This document shows positions 8,805-22,460 of a stretch of 64,000 bases of DNA, in pieces. The stretch spans positions 1-64,000 of the forward strand of contig NIVC01002957.1 in NCBI GenBank assembly GCA_002269645.1. The letters run 5' to 3'. Source of the stretch: Macrostomum lignano. Taxonomy: Eukaryota. Within the stretch, counting starts at the first letter, position 1. The number at the start of each line of letters is the position of its first letter. The notes under the pieces were generated by a model. That model saw only the letters and a program-made list of their open reading frames with translations, had not been told where the DNA came from and did no database searches. Position numbers and translations under genes: made by a program.

Positions 8805-8814
8805 ATATACTGAA

Positions 8815-9740
8815 ATCTCTGAGGCAGCTCACTTTTAGGGATCTCTGAGGCAGCTCACTTTTAGGGATCTCTGGGGCAGCTCACCTTTAGGGATCTCTGG
8901 GGCAGCTCACCTTTAGGGATCTCTGAGGCAGCTTACTTTTAGGGATCTCTCGGGCAGCTCACCTTTAGGGATCTCTGAGGCAGCTTACTTTTAGGGATCT
9001 CTGGAGGCAGCTTACTTTTAGGGATCTCTGGGGCAGCTTACTTTTAGGGATCTCTGAGGCAGCTTACTTTTAGGGATCTCTGGGGCAGCTCACCTTTAGG
9101 GATCTCTGGGGCAGCTCACCTTTAGGGATCTCTGGGGCAGCTCATTTTTAGAGATCTCTGGGCAGCTCACTTTTAGGGATCTCTGAGGCAGCTCACTTTT
9201 AGGGATCTCTGGGGCAGCTCACTTTTAGGGATCTCTGGGGCAGCTCACTTTTAGGGATCTCTGGGGCAGCTCACTTTTAGGGATCTCTGGGGCAGCTCAC
9301 CTTTAGGGATCTCTGGGGCAGCTCACCTTTAGGGATCTCTGGGGCAGCTCACTTTTAGGGATCTCTGGGGCAGCTCACCTTTAGGGATCTCTGGGGCAGC
9401 TCACCTTTAGGGATCTCTGAGGCAGCTTACTTTTAGGGATCTCTCGGGCAGCTCACCTTTAGGGATCTCTGAGGCAGCTTACTTTTAGGGATCTCTGGAG
9501 GCAGCTTACTTTTAGGGATCTCTGGGGCAGCTTACTTTTAGGGATCTCTGAGGCAGCTTACTTTTAGGGATCTCTGAGGCAGCTTACTTTTAGGGATCTC
9601 TCGGGCAGCTCACCTTTAGGGATCTCTGAGGCAGCTTACTTTTAGGGATCTCTGGAGGCAGCTTACTTTTAGGGATCTCTGGGGCAGCTCACCTTTAGGG
9701 ATCGCTGAGGCAGCTCACTTTTAGGGATCTCTGGAGGCAG
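8815..9740. repeat. 26-bp satellite (TCTCTGAGGCAGCTCACTTTTAGGGA); shorter inverted copy at 46255-46585
   Basis: Direct tandem units visible. Confidence 0.95.
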
Positions 9741-10289
9741 CGCGTTTTTTGGGAGTTCTGAGGCGAGTCCATGGATGGAGCAGAGCTCATTTAAGGAATC
9801 TCTGAACTCAGAGGAAGTCAATTTTGCATCTCTAAATGAAATTTGAAACCATGTTGAGAACGAGGTGCGACTCAAGTTTTAAATCCTCAGTTGAACTTAG
9901 CAGACTTAAGACCATGTTTAGACACGAGACGTATAAAAAAAGGCTGGACCAAAGCCAATAAATAATTAATATTACGAAGCTTATTAACAGGATGTTAATG
10001 CAAGCCTGAGTGCTGTATTAATGGAGCAATATTAATAGAGTTTATTACGAAAATGCATCTTTAGGTTAAATGAATAATTTAGCTTTGATCTAAATTTAGA
10101 CCAAAGACCAACTGGGGTTTTCCAGTTCGAGTGAAATTCATTTGACGCCTAATTAAGGCTGGGGAGCGAACTTGTGCAGGTTAAGCCGTTCGGGAAGTTA
10201 TGGGCTTGACGAACCATCGGCAGGAATTCTCTAAAAGAGCTGCTGATTTTGGCGTCCTTTACGCGCTCCTGCCGTCCCGACTACTTGCT

Positions 10290-10980
10290 TTTGGCGCCTG
10301 ATGCTTATTTTTGGCGCCTGATGCTTATTTTTTGCGCCTGATGCTTATCTTTGGCACCTGATGCTTATTTTTGGCACCTGATGCTTATTTTTGGCGCCTG
10401 ATTCTTATTTTTGGCGCCTGATGCTTATTTTTGGCGCATGATGCTTATTTTTGGCGCTTGATGCTTATTTTTGGCGCCTGATGCTTATTTTGGCGGTTGA
10501 TGCTTATTTTGGGCGCCTGATGCATATTTTGGGCGCCTAATGCTTATTTTTGGCGCTTGATGCTTTTTTGGCGCCTGATGCTTATTTTTGGCACCTGATG
10601 CTTATTTTTGGCGCCTGATTCTTATTTTTGGCGCCTGATGCTTATTTTTGGCGCATGATGCTTATTTTTGGCGCTTGATGCTTATTTTTGGCGCCTGATG
10701 CTTATTTTGGCGGTTGATGCTTATTTTGGGCGCCTGATGCATATTTTGGGCGCCTAATGCTTATTTTTGGCGCTTGATGCTTTTTTTGGCGTTTGATGCT
10801 TATTCTTGGCGCCTGATGCTTATTTTTGGCGCCTGATGCTTATTTTTGGCGCCTGACGCTTATGTTTGGCACCTGATGCTTATTTTTGGCGGTTGATGCT
10901 TATTTTTGGCACCTGATGCTTATTTTTGGCGGTTGATGCTTATTTTTGGCACCTGATGCTTATTTTGGCCCCTGATGCTC
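10290..10980. repeat. 20-bp minisatellite (GGCGCCTGATGCTTATTTTT); inverted copy at ~44960-45710
   Basis: Direct tandem units visible. Confidence 0.95.
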
Positions 10981-11892
10981 ATTTAGCGAGCCCAAGGAGA
11001 CCTTTGTTTGGCATATTTTTGTATATATTTTATACTTTAGCCTTCATAATCACAGCATTTTATCATTGATCCTGTTTATCAACATTTCTTTCCCATAGCA
11101 TCTGCCGAGTGCATGAGGAAGCACACAAACAGTTATCAGAGTGACAATTAAGCTGACTGAGACAATCAAAAGAGAACCAGCTAACATAGTAGACTATTAA
11201 CAAATTGCTTTCATTAACAAATTGCTATTCTTTAATCAAAAAGAGCCGCAACAACATGAAGAATTACGGTTTGTTGTCAGCCATTCTCAAGCGCCTCCGC
11301 AGACAAAGACAGACTGCACTGGTTTATTCACTAGATATTATTAAACGTGTCTGCATCAACATTAATTGATTGAATTGAGTAATATAATCAGCTAAAAATA
11401 CACAAAATGCACAGCTATACAGAACTACATAATTTACTGACGCGAAAGCCAAGCAAACCGGAAGCTGGTGACTAAGAACAACTTCCGGCAAAGTTTATAT
11501 TGAAAATTAAAAGCGCAGTTACAGATTGCTCACTAGGCTAGCAAAAGTACATTCAATTTATCCGGCTAGTTTTAAAGTGCGCACAAAATAATATCGAATT
11601 ATTGAAAATAAAACAAATAAAACGATTTAATTCAAGCATTGCATTGTTAGGTATTGATAAATAAAACAGGAGTGCAGGTAAACAACGACTGTCAATTTCT
11701 CTGTAATTGCATTGCCCCTGTCTACTGAACTGCTGACTAACAAGTACTTTAGCTTTATTTAACAAAGAAACGGCATAGCAACTGGATAGCAACCATAAAG
11801 CCAGAGCCAATTAGACAAAAGTTAAAACTAAGAACATGTTTTCACTTTAAACAGGAAAAATAGCTAAAATAAGCACTCAGAGTTGCTAAGGT

Positions 11893-14115
11893 CTAAAGCG
11901 AATCATCATCAAACTCGTCGCCCTCGCCGCCGTCCAGCAGGTGCACCCAGCGATAGTGAGCAACCAAAGCCACCCGGTTCGGACAGAAGGTGCGGCACAC
12001 CTGGCAGCCGAACGTGGTGGGCTCGCTGTGCGCCGCCGCCTCGTGCTCAGCCATGGCCGCGTCGCCGATAAGCCAGAGCCGGCACTCCGGACAGCGCCTG
12101 CCCAGCAAGGACCGGTCGGCCGGGTTCAGGTGCACCAACACCTGCGATGTAAATGGAATTGCGTTTTTTTGCAAGGCCTTTGGTGCTTAAAGACTCAAGC
12201 TACTTACTAAGTAGTAAAATGATAGAATTTTGTGCAACGACAAGCGAACAGACCTGGTGGTTCTGCAGCAGCTCCGAGCCTGGGAAAGCTTCGTAGCAGG
12301 CGCCACACATCAACACCTGCGGCCGGCTGTGCAGTCGACTGCCAGCTCCAGCGACAGCGCCGGAGGCCTCGGCGGCCGCGGCATCGCGAACATGCCGCTG
12401 CAGTCGGGCGGGCGACACCTCGGCAAAGCAGAACGGGCACCGGGTGCTCTGCGGCCCGGCCGCTGCCGCCTCAGTCGCCGCGGTTGCATCGGCCAGCGAC
12501 CAGGCCGACAGCACGCGGACTTCCTCAAGCCTGAAGGAGTCGCAAAGGCGGCGATGGTTGGCTAGAAACTCGGCCGAGACAAACGACAGCTGGCAAAGGT
12601 CGCACTGGTGCCGCTCCGACATCAGCGCGTCCTCCTCGCTGACTGTGGAGGCGTCGAGGTCGCAGGACACGGCAGCTGATGGATGCTGCTGCTGCTGCAG
12701 TCGCATTGTGGTTGGCGGAGGTGGTGGTGGCGGCGGCGGCGGCATGGACTTGTCGGGCAGCTGGCCTGGCCGCAGGCAGTGCGCTGCCGCTTCTGCTACG
12801 GATTCGTCAGTGTCCAGCAATGCCACTGGGCTGGCCGGAGGCGACACGGAGAAAGTGGCATCGGAGGCGGCGGCGGGCTCTGACGACTGTCTGGCCAGGC
12901 GGCAGTTGGCGTAGCGGAGCAGAGACTCAATTTCAGACCGGGACAGCAGCCGGTGCACCTTGGTGATGTGCGAGTAAGCGTGCTGCCTGCGGTTGAAGCC
13001 TCGCCGACAGCGCATGCAGATGTAATTGGCGCGGTGCATGCTGCGGATGTGCCGGAGCAGGGTGGTGCGGCAGGACAGCACCTTGCCGCAGTGGCCGCAC
13101 TTGCAGTTGGCTGCACTCGCGGGCTTGGAGGCTGGCTGCTTCTGTTGCTGGGCAGACTGCAGCACCTGCGGCAGCGACTGCAGGCGGGTTATTTTCACCA
13201 GCAGCTTGCTCTTCTCGCCCGGCTGCTTTGCGGCCAAGTCAGGCGGCTCCTTCTTGACGTCAGCAGCCGCAGCCGCCTCCGATTTCTTAAGCCGCGGCCG
13301 TCCGCCCATGGTTAACCAGGCCTCTCTGTGGTAGCGGCGCATGTGCCGGGAATAGTTAGTGAAGCCAACCAGCTTATGGCAGATCGGGCACAATTTACCC
13401 GGCCGCTTGTTGTTCGGCGTTGCCGTTGCGGCCGAACCCGCCGACGCTTTGGTTGAATTCGTGGCCGAGCTGGAGTTCAGCGAGATCCGATCGGCGTCAC
13501 TGTCGGCTCCGTCGGCTTCATCCGACTGCTCAGCTTCCTCGTGCTCCTGCTGAGCCGGCTTGTTTTTTGCTTTCCCGCCAGCTGTCAGGCGCCGATTCCC
13601 GAATTGGCGCCAGCGGTTTCGGGCTAAGCGGCGCATTTTGGCCCACTTGACCGGGTGGACGCGGCACATGTGGCTGCGGAACCCGCTGCCCGAGTGCAGC
13701 TGCCGGCCGCACTCCCGGCACTGCAGGTCCAGCGGCACCGGCACCGCGCGAGGCCCGACCGACTTGGCCGGGCCGGCAGCCGCGCCAGGGGACAAGCGAT
13801 TGCCGACGCTGCCTTCGCCGCCGCTGCCCCATCGTCTTTGCCGCCGCCACCGACGCCGGTTTCTTCAGTCCCTTCTTCAGTCGCTTCGGCCGCGTCGGCG
13901 GCGCCGGCCTCGATGCCGTGGGCCAGCAGCTCGTGGCGTTGTCGGCGGCCCCGCTGAGAGAACCGCTCGCCGCACCGGCGGCAGGCGAATTTCCAGGGCC
14001 GGTGCCGGTGCACCAGGTGGCGGCCCAGGCCCTGCGATGAGTTGGTGATGAACGGGCAGTGCGGGCACTTGTAGATGCCACCGCCGCTGCTGCCGGTGCT
14101 GCCGCGGGAGGCCAT
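11893..14115 (-). pseudogene. C2H2 zinc-finger gene, duplicate copy with 1-bp frameshift near 13830
   Basis: Near-identical to 41604-43825, but GATGGGGCAGC (4 G) replaces GATGGGGGCAGC (5 G). Intron 12142-12253. The indel could be a homopolymer sequencing error. Confidence 0.8.
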
Positions 14116-14224
14116 GCTTTAGCCGCTAATTAATGCAGCATTGAGCCAGATGATTCTAAGAAAATGCCGAGACGGAGCTGCTGCGGGATATTCGTGAGCT
14201 GGCATGCAGTGCCTGACATCTGGG

Positions 14225-15745
14225 GTTGAGGGTTGCTCAGGTGATAATCAGGGGGTCAAATGGGATTGACTGCTCAGGTGATAATCTGGGGATCAACTGG
14301 GATTATTGACTGCTCAGATGATAATCAGGGGATCAAATGGGATTATTGACTGCTCAGGTGATAATCAGGGGATCAAATGGAATTATTGACTGCTCAGGTG
14401 ATAATCAGGGGATCAAATGGGATTATTGACTGCTCAGGTGATAATCAGGGGATCAACTGGGATTATTGACTGCTCAGGTGATAATCAGGGGATCAAATGG
14501 AATTGTTGACTGCTCAGGTGATAATCTGGGGATCAAATGGGATTATTGACTGCTCAGATGATATTCAGGGGATCAAATGGAATTATTGACTGCTCAGGTG
14601 ATAATCTGGGGATCAAATGGGATTATTGACTGCTCAGGTGATAATCAGGGGATCAACTGGGATTATTGACTGCTCAGGTGTTAATCAGGGGATCAAATGG
14701 GATTATTGACAGCTCAGGTGATAATCAGGGGATCAAATGGGATTATTGACTGCTCAGGTGATAATCAGGGGATCAACTGGGATTATTGACAGCTCGGGTG
14801 ATAATTAGGGGATCAAATGGGATTATTGACTGCTCAGGTGATAATTAGGGGAACAACTGGGATTATTGACTGCTCAGGTGATAATCAGGGGATCAAATGG
14901 GATTATTGACTGCTCAGGTGATAATCAGGGGATCAAATGGGATTATTGACTGCTCAGGTGATAATCTGGGGATCAAATGGGATTATTGACTGCTCAGATG
15001 ATAATCAGGGGATCAAATGGGATTATTGACTGCTCAGGTGATAATCAGGGGATCAAATGGGATTATTGACTTCTCAGGTGATAATTAGGGGATCAAATGG
15101 GATTATTGACTGCTCAGGTGATAATCAGGGGATCAAATGGGATTATTGACTGCTCAGGTGATAATCAGGGGATCAAATGGGATTATTGACTGCTCAGGTG
15201 ATAATCAGGGGATCAAATGGAATTATTGACTGCTCAGGTGATAATCAGGGGATCAAATGGGATTATTGACTGCTCAGGTGATAATCAGGGGATCAACTGG
15301 GATTATTGACTGCTCAGGTGATAATCAGGGGATCAAATGGAATTGTTGACTGCTCAGGTGATAATCTGGGGATCAAATGGGATTATTGACTGCTCAGATG
15401 ATAATCAGGGGATCAAATGGAATTATTGACTGCTCAGGTGATAATCTGGGGATCAAATGGGATTATTGACTGCTCAGGTGATAATCAGGGGATCAACTGG
15501 GATTATTGACTGCTCAGGTGTTAATCAGGGGATCAAATGGGATTATTGACAGCTCAGGTGATAATCAGGGGATCAAATGGGATTATTGACTGCTCAGGTG
15601 ATAATCAGGGGATCAACTGGGATTATTGACAGCTCGGGTGATAATTAGGGGATCAACTGGGATTATTGACTGCTCAGGTGATAATTAGGGGAACAACTGG
15701 GATTATTGACTGCTCAGGTGATAATCTGGGGATCAACTGGGATTA
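14225..15745. repeat. 40-bp satellite (TGCTCAGGTGATAATCAGGGGATCAAATGGGATTATTGAC); inverted copy at ~39800-41480
   Basis: Head-to-tail units with no spacers. Confidence 0.97.
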
Positions 15746-16638
15746 TAACAGAGCAAAAATCTCTCTAGTGCATAAAAAATTCCACAAAGCAGACACCTGC
15801 AATAAAGAAGGCGGAACACAATAAACAAGATCTGAATAGAACGCAGTAACAATTCAAATATTTATTCAATATTTGACATCTGAATAAAGCTTGAAACTAA
15901 CTAATCGAAGTAAGAACCGATCAGGAAATTTCATCGCGATAGGGTGAGGGTCGCCTTGGCACTGCAGCGCTTACAGAGCACAGTTTATAGATAGAAACGA
16001 ATATCCAAGTAGCAAAAATAGAAAAATTAAACAAAACTTTTTTATCAATAGACTTCAAGATAAGGCTTACACAGATTCTATTTATTGCTATAAGTTACCG
16101 GTTTAATAAAATCTGCAATAGGATTAAGAATGTGCATTGCGAATAAAAAAGGATGAGTTCTTGGAAAAATTAAAATCATTAAACGCCAATTAAAAAAGCC
16201 TTTAAAATTGTATTGAAAACATACTATACACACTACTGATCGATCGATCCAAGTAAGTAGTTGAGATGCTGAGAAATAGGAAAACAAAATCGCGCAAGAT
16301 TCATGGCAATCTGATTACCGCACAGAGTTCCCTTATATTATGTTTCTAGTTTTTATTTGATTTTGAATGTCTACAACTACTTAAAGTAGTAGCTGGATTT
16401 ACCAAGAAATGGCACCCGGCGGCAATGCGAACAGCCGATGATGTACAAAAACAAAGAGGAATTACGGATTAATAAATAATTAAAAAATTGATAAAAATTT
16501 TAGTGACACCCGAAGTTATATAAAGATAATTCGTTGCTTTCCACCATAGCTAAACAAAAAGCCGAACTAACTTACTCGCTACTAACAGTAGTAAATATAA
16601 AATTAAGTTTCAATCGGTGTGTAGATGCGGCCTGGCTG

Positions 16639-18044
16639 TTACAGAATGTCGCGCCAGTTCAACTTCGCGTCGACCTGGTGGTCGCCATCAACCGTCAGGT
16701 CGTCCAGATGGTCGGCCAAATCGACCCGGAAGCGGGCCCGGAAGTTGGCCTCCGTAGGCATGTAGGGATACCAGAATACGAAGTTCACATCCCAGACATT
16801 GTTAAGCATGTTGAATGAGATGCCGGCAACCTTGGAATCGGGCACGGGGCTCATGGGCACCGGCCACACGGTCGGCCCGTAGGAGGCCGTGCGCGGACAG
16901 GCCAGGCTGGAGTCCAGCGACTGAACTCGCAGCTCCGCTTTGCCCTGCGACAAAAATAGTAGCGATGCTCTACTGTCAGTAGGTTGGATAGGAAGCTGCG
17001 GCACTTATTAAATTAGGAGTGTGCACAAATCTATGTTGGCAATATTCAGGAAAGAGGTTTTAAAGGTGATTTTAATCTTATTACAGCACTTATTGGAAAT
17101 CGATTCTTTATACTCGTAGTAATTAGAAGACCGTTTCTTTCATAGCGCTTGGGAGGCAGCTTTTGACGTAGGATTAGAGGGAGGTTTTGATAAGGGATTA
17201 GAGAGAGATTTGACATGCTTATAGAGAGATTTTAATAAGGGATTAGAGAGAGATTTGACATGCTTTTAGAGAGATTTTAATAAGGGATTAGAGGGAGATT
17301 TGACATGCTTTTAGAGAGATTTTAATAAGGGATTAGAGGGAGATTTGACATGCTTTTAGAGAGATTTTAATAAGGGATTAGAGGGAGATTTCACATGCTT
17401 TTAGAGAGATTTTAATAAGGGATTAGAGAGAGATTTGACATGCTTTTAGAGAGATTTTGATAAGGGATCAGAGAGAGATTTGACATGCTTTTAGAGAGAT
17501 TTTGATAATGGATTAGAGAGAGATTTGACAAGCTTTTAGAGAGATTTTAATAAGGGATTAGAGGGAGATTTCAACATGGGATTAAAGGAAGATTTTGACA
17601 TGGGATTCGGGAAAAATTTTGACATGGGATTAGAAGGAGATTTTGACATGGGATTCGAGAGAGATTTGACATGGGATTCGAGAGAGATTTGACATGGGAT
17701 TAGAGGGACATTTTGACATGGGATTAGAGGGAGATTTTGACGTGTTTAAGGGAGATTTTCTTAAAACCGGGAACATACTTTACCTGCTGACGGAAGGCGA
17801 CGCTGTACGGCGAGTGGCCAACCATGTGCTGCCAGACGCTGCCGTTGGCGGCCACCTGGCCAACGGCGATATCGTGGCCCAGCTTATTAAGCACGGCCAG
17901 GGCGCCAGGCGGCTTTGGGAAGTCAATATAGAAAGCCTCCATCAGGCGGGTGGGAGTTTTGCTTAGCGACCAGCTGTGCAGAGTGTAGCCGGTGCCAGTG
18001 AAGTTGTACATGGCCCACATGCTGGCCGGGGCGCCGTATTTCAC
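16639..18044 (-). pseudogene. Orphan duplicate of exons 5 (17784-18044) and 6 (16639-16944) of the GH38-like gene
   Basis: Near-identical to 37676-37936 and 38729-39034; exons 1-4 are absent from this arm. Confidence 0.88.
17175..17745. repeat. Intronic 22-45-bp GA-rich minisatellite; inverted copy at ~37980-38500
   Basis: GGGATTAGAGGGAGATTTGACAT-type units. Confidence 0.9.
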
Positions 18045-18179
18045 CTGGGGGGGGGGTGACAAAGATGTGCCTGCATTGTGCTGTACTTTTATGCCGATTC
18101 GGATATTTTACACCAGTCATAAAATTTCACACTAAATTAAATATTTTTCTAAACACGATGTAACGCATCATAGAAGGTC

Positions 18180-18985
18180 CCATTTTGGACTCCATAACAG
18201 GTCCCGTTTTTGACTCCATAACAGGTCCTAATTTAGACTTCGTAACAGGTCTCATTTCAGACTCCATAACAGATCCCGTTTTTGACTCCATAACAGGTCC
18301 CATTTTGGACTCCATAACAGGTCCCATTTTGGACTCCATAACAGGTCTCATTTCAGACTCCATAACAGATCCCGTTTTTGACTCCATAACAGGTCCCGTT
18401 TTTGACTCCATAACAGGTCCTAATTTAGACTTCATAACAGGTCTCATTTCAGACTCCATAACAGATCCCGTTTTTGACTCCATAACAGGTCCCATTTCGG
18501 ACTTTATAACAGATCCTAATTCAGACTCCATAACAGGTCCCATTTTAGACTCCATAACAGGTCCCGTTTTTGACTCCATAACAGGTCCCAATTAAGACTC
18601 CATAACAGGCCCCATTTTGGACTCCATAACAGGTCCCATTTTAGACTCCATAACACGTCCCGTTTTTGACTCCATAACAGGTCCCATTTTAGACTCCATA
18701 ACAAGTCCCATTTTGGACTCCATAACAGGTCCCATTTTGGACTCCATAACAGGTCCCATTTTAGACTCCATAACACGTCCCGTTTTTGACTCCATAACAG
18801 GTCCCAATTAAGACTCCATAACAAGTCCCATTTTGGACTCCATAACAGGTCCCAATTTAGGCTCCGTAACAGGTCCCATTTTGGACTCCATAACAGGTCC
18901 CAATTTAGACTCCGTAACAGGTCCCATTTTGGACTCCATAACAGGTCCCAATTTAGACTCCGTAACAGGTCCCAATCATAACAGG
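18180..18985. repeat. 24-bp minisatellite (GGACCTGTTATGGAGTCCAAAATG); longer inverted copy at ~35880-37540
   Basis: Produces the spurious MESKMGPV / DSITGPIL ORFs. Confidence 0.95.
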
Positions 18986-20981
18986 TCGATGATTTTACTA
19001 CTATGAACTACATGTACTAAAGGGCGGGACAAGAGCTAAGTGGGTACAAAAGATTCAAGGAAAAGGTTACATTTTTTCTGTGAGCCTTTAAAAGGAATAG
19101 TAAATAGCCTTAAGTGTCATGTTATCAAAGATTCTGCTACATCGGGTTTTTTTCCATTAACGTTAACGCATTTACTACGATGCGGCCTTCTGGCAAAACC
19201 TTTGATGAATATCTTGATACTCAGAAGATATAGCGACGTAATAATATCTTATTGAGAAATAAAATGGGAAACAAGTTGTTGCAGTGAAGTTCGGTAGTAA
19301 ATTATTTTTAGTAGCTCAATTTCGCATTAGTATTTGGCATTTGCATTTACGTACATTTAAAGTTATGCAAAATACGCATTTACACTCAAACTTGAAATGA
19401 TGGATAAAGGGTAATTAATTTTAAGACTAATATCAGCAGAAAGAATATAGACTATCTAAAATACGAGTAATCATATCTGGTTTATGCTTCCTGAATGTTA
19501 AAAGTAGGTAATAGTATGCAATTTAGTTACGGATGTAGACAACATAGGAAATGTATCAGGGCATTAGTTATTTGAGCATTTTGTGTTGTTTTTTGTTTTT
19601 TTTCTCGATTTTTTACTTTGCGAGTTTTTGCAATAGAAAGTTTTAGGGGAGACCCAAAATTCCCGATTGACATTCAGATTCACATTCAAATTTTAACAAA
19701 GCCGCTGTAACTTTTCTTTACTTAAACGAAACGCTTTAAAATTTTACAAAAACTTTGACGCAATCAAGAAAAAAAACCACGTAAAATATCTCGGAATTTT
19801 AAAATAGACTGTACAAATTATTCACATTTAAAGGGTGCGTTCGAGTGGCTTAAAATAAGTTAAAATGACTTAAAATGAGTTTAAGCGCCATTTTAACGTC
19901 CTCAGTAAAACAAAACAAATGACAAGATTTCATTTTAAAAAACCGGAAAGTATCTGTACACAATGTTTTAAGGGTTATAAAAATCTAGTTTAAAATTTTA
20001 AATGGGTAGATAGTCAGTCTAAACCTGTTTTTTACATTTTCAGATGGTAATTTATAACAAATCGTTAAGTGAGAAATATTTGTCAATGCTGCTTCAGTAA
20101 ATTGCTTTTTACTAGTGTTGTTCTTTTAGTGTGAATATTCATTTTAACAATAGTAAATATCAGTTTAAATTACTCTATCGATAGGTGTGATGAAGTCTAG
20201 CTGGCAGTGCATTCTTCGAGCACGCGGTGCCCGAAAGAATAAGTGGTAAAATTATATCCGCGCTTTCAATTATAAGTATTCACTGATTGAATAATGTGCA
20301 TATTGGAAGCAGCTTTACATGTAATTATGTATAGTAGCTGGCATGGTAAAGCTGTCTTATATCGCTTCTTTTGACTTAATGCCAGAATATGTTTACACAT
20401 GGCAGCAACTGAATATCTTCAGTAAAAGGAAAAATACGAGTTGCGAGTCTATGTGATAAACAAATATACCTGGCTTATGCATCAACTCCTAGTCCCCATG
20501 CATGCAATCTACTTTTTTGTTCTGTTGATGGTTCTCTGAATTATTTACTAATGATGAGAATGTGCCTTATTATTCAATATTCCTTTATTTTTTAAATCAA
20601 TATTAACCCTCCTCCCAACCAAAACTGTCATTCTCAATTTTTACTGCTTTTAATTTCTACTTTTACTTATTAACTCGTAAATATAATGTATACTATGTAC
20701 ACACTGCTAAAATTAGTAGTGTAAAAATCCACCAAAAATTAATTTCTAAGTCCATTTTAAATAAAATTAAATACACATCGTAGAAGATTATTTACATGTC
20801 TATTTCTTACTGTGATTGCAAGATGTGCTGAAAGGATGCTTATTATTTTCATTTTTTCTTATATAATCGCCTGGGCCTTGCTTCCTACAGCTAGAGTTGT
20901 AACTTTACTGGGTATGGGGGCACACCAAAGTACTTTTGACATTTGTACTTTATTTTTCAACTCAATAGCTAAGCAGATGAT

Positions 20982-22460
20982 CCCAAGGATAACGGGAAGG
21001 TTCGACTTATTCATGACTGCAGCACGCCTCCGGGCTACTCGGTAAATGACAACTATACGAAGAAGCTGAGCCCCAGGTTTGAGTCCGTCAAGAAGGTTGC
21101 AGCCTCTATCGGCAAGGGCTGGTTCATGGCAAAGCTTGACTCGTCGCAAGCTTACAGAAGCGTGGCGATCCATCTGGATGATTACCAGGCGACCGGCATT
21201 GGTTGGCGCTTTAAAGGCAACTGTGATCTGACATGGCTTGTCGACACCCGGCTACCCTTTGGTAGCTGCGCCTCGGTCGAGATTTTCTACCGGCTTACTC
21301 AAGCGGTCAAGAGGATGATGGTGCGACGCGGCGTGGCCAATATTTCGGTTTACCTGGATGATTTTCTGGTTGCGGCCAAGAGCGAGAAAGAGTGTATGGA
21401 TGCTCTGAAAGAGCTGATTAAGCTGGTTCGCCAGTTAGGTTTTGGTGTCAATTGGAACAAAGTGGTTGAACCTACGCAATGCTTGGTGTATCTCGGTGTG
21501 AAGATTGATACTGTCCGTGGAGTTCTTAGTGTGCCGGCGGAAAAGTGTGAGGAAATGCGCACCACACTGCTTAACTTTTCGCAGCGCAGGCGTCTCTCGA
21601 AACGACAGCTTTCGTCGCTTTGTGGCAAGCTCAGCTGGGTCGTCCAGGTGGTGCACGCTGGGAGTTGCTTCCTAAGACCCCTGTTCGACCTGCTTAATGC
21701 CCTGGAAAAGCCACATCACAAAGTGCGTGTGTCCGCTGACACTGTGCGTATTTTACTCTGGTGGCGAGGTGCCCTTCTGAAGCTGCCTGATTTTCAGCTT
21801 TGGAGAAGTTGCACAAACGGCTGGATCATCGAAACCGATGCGAGCAGTGCTGGTGGCGGAGCCATTTTGCGCAATGGTAGCGGTATGGTGGATTGGCTGT
21901 ACGTCAATTGGGATCTGGATGCTGGAGGAAAGTTTAAAGACAAGCATATCACGTACAAAGAAGCTATTGTTCCGCTGCTGGCTATGGTGCGCTGGGGTGC
22001 CTTTTTAAATGACAGTTCGGTCGTGGTCTACTCCGACTCTAGTGCGGCTGTTGGCATGATTAACAGAGGTTGCTGTCGGCAGCCTGAGTTGCAGCCGCTG
22101 TTCCAGACTGCCATGCTCATTGCTGTTAGGCGTGGGGTTGAGGTGCGCGCTTTTCATGTGCCTGGCTGGTACCACGTCTTTGCGGACCCGTGCTCTAGGC
22201 TGCACGCCGTGGACAAAATGCGCGATTTTTTATTTCGGGTGTATGGCTCTGTTGACTGCTGTTTTAACGAGATCGCTAGCCATGCTTTCTGCCCTGCTGC
22301 CTCCGTTTTTCTCATTTTACAGGCCCTCCGCGCCAGACTCCCGACCGCCTCAGCAAGCGTTGCGCGTTTATCCTGGGCAATGCCTACGCGCCCCGCACGA
22401 AGCGGAGTTACCGGTCGCAGTTCGCGTCTTGGCTGCGATTTTGCAATTCCCGGCACCTGA
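20982..22460 (+). CDS. Reverse transcriptase-RNase H of the DIRS-order element
   Basis: PKDNGKVRLIHDCS, RLPFG, YLDDFL, YLGVKID, IETDAS, ITYKEA, YSDS. Confidence 0.9.
   Translation, partial: PKDNGKVRLIHDCSTPPGYSVNDNYTKKLSPRFESVKKVAASIGKGWFMAKLDSSQAYRSVAIHLDDYQATGIGWRFKGNCDLTWLVDTRLPFGSCASVEIFYRLTQAVKRMMVRRGVANISVYLDDFLVAAKSEKECMDALKELIKLVRQLGFGVNWNKVVEPTQCLVYLGVKIDTVRGVLSVPAEKCEEMRTTLLNFSQRRRLSKRQLSSLCGKLSWVVQVVHAGSCFLRPLFDLLNALEKPHHKVRVSADTVRILLWWRGALLKLPDFQLWRSCTNGWIIETDASSAGGGAILRNGSGMVDWLYVNWDLDAGGKFKDKHITYKEAIVPLLAMVRWGAFLNDSSVVVYSDSSAAVGMINRGCCRQPELQPLFQTAMLIAVRRGVEVRAFHVPGWYHVFADPCSRLHAVDKMRDFLFRVYGSVDCCFNEIASHAFCPAASVFLILQALRARLPTASASVARLSWAMPTRPARSGVTGRSSRLGCDFAIPGT

Larger units (their letters stand above)
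1..8810. mobile_element. Endogenous Polinton/Maverick (adintovirus-like) element, right portion; left part including pPolB not in window
   Basis: AT-rich, gene-dense block without spliceosomal introns, encoding capsid, penton, A32-like ATPase, adenain-like protease, retroviral-type integrase and PLA2. Right boundary approximate (ends at a palindrome and then satellite DNA); no TIR identifiable. Confidence 0.92.
8815..18997 (-). repeat. Left arm of ~10-kb inverted duplication
   Basis: Reverse complement of 35854-46585 in unique sequence, genes and satellite order, with scattered SNPs and different array lengths. Confidence 0.95.

Noticed and set aside
12207-14081. Many overlapping alternative-frame and antisense ORFs over the zinc-finger genes (also 41638-43835)
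   Set aside because: Shadow ORFs expected in GC-rich coding DNA.
14225-15745. CRISPR-like array (also 39800-41480 and other arrays)
   Set aside because: Units are head-to-tail with no unique spacers, there are no cas genes, and the context is eukaryotic.
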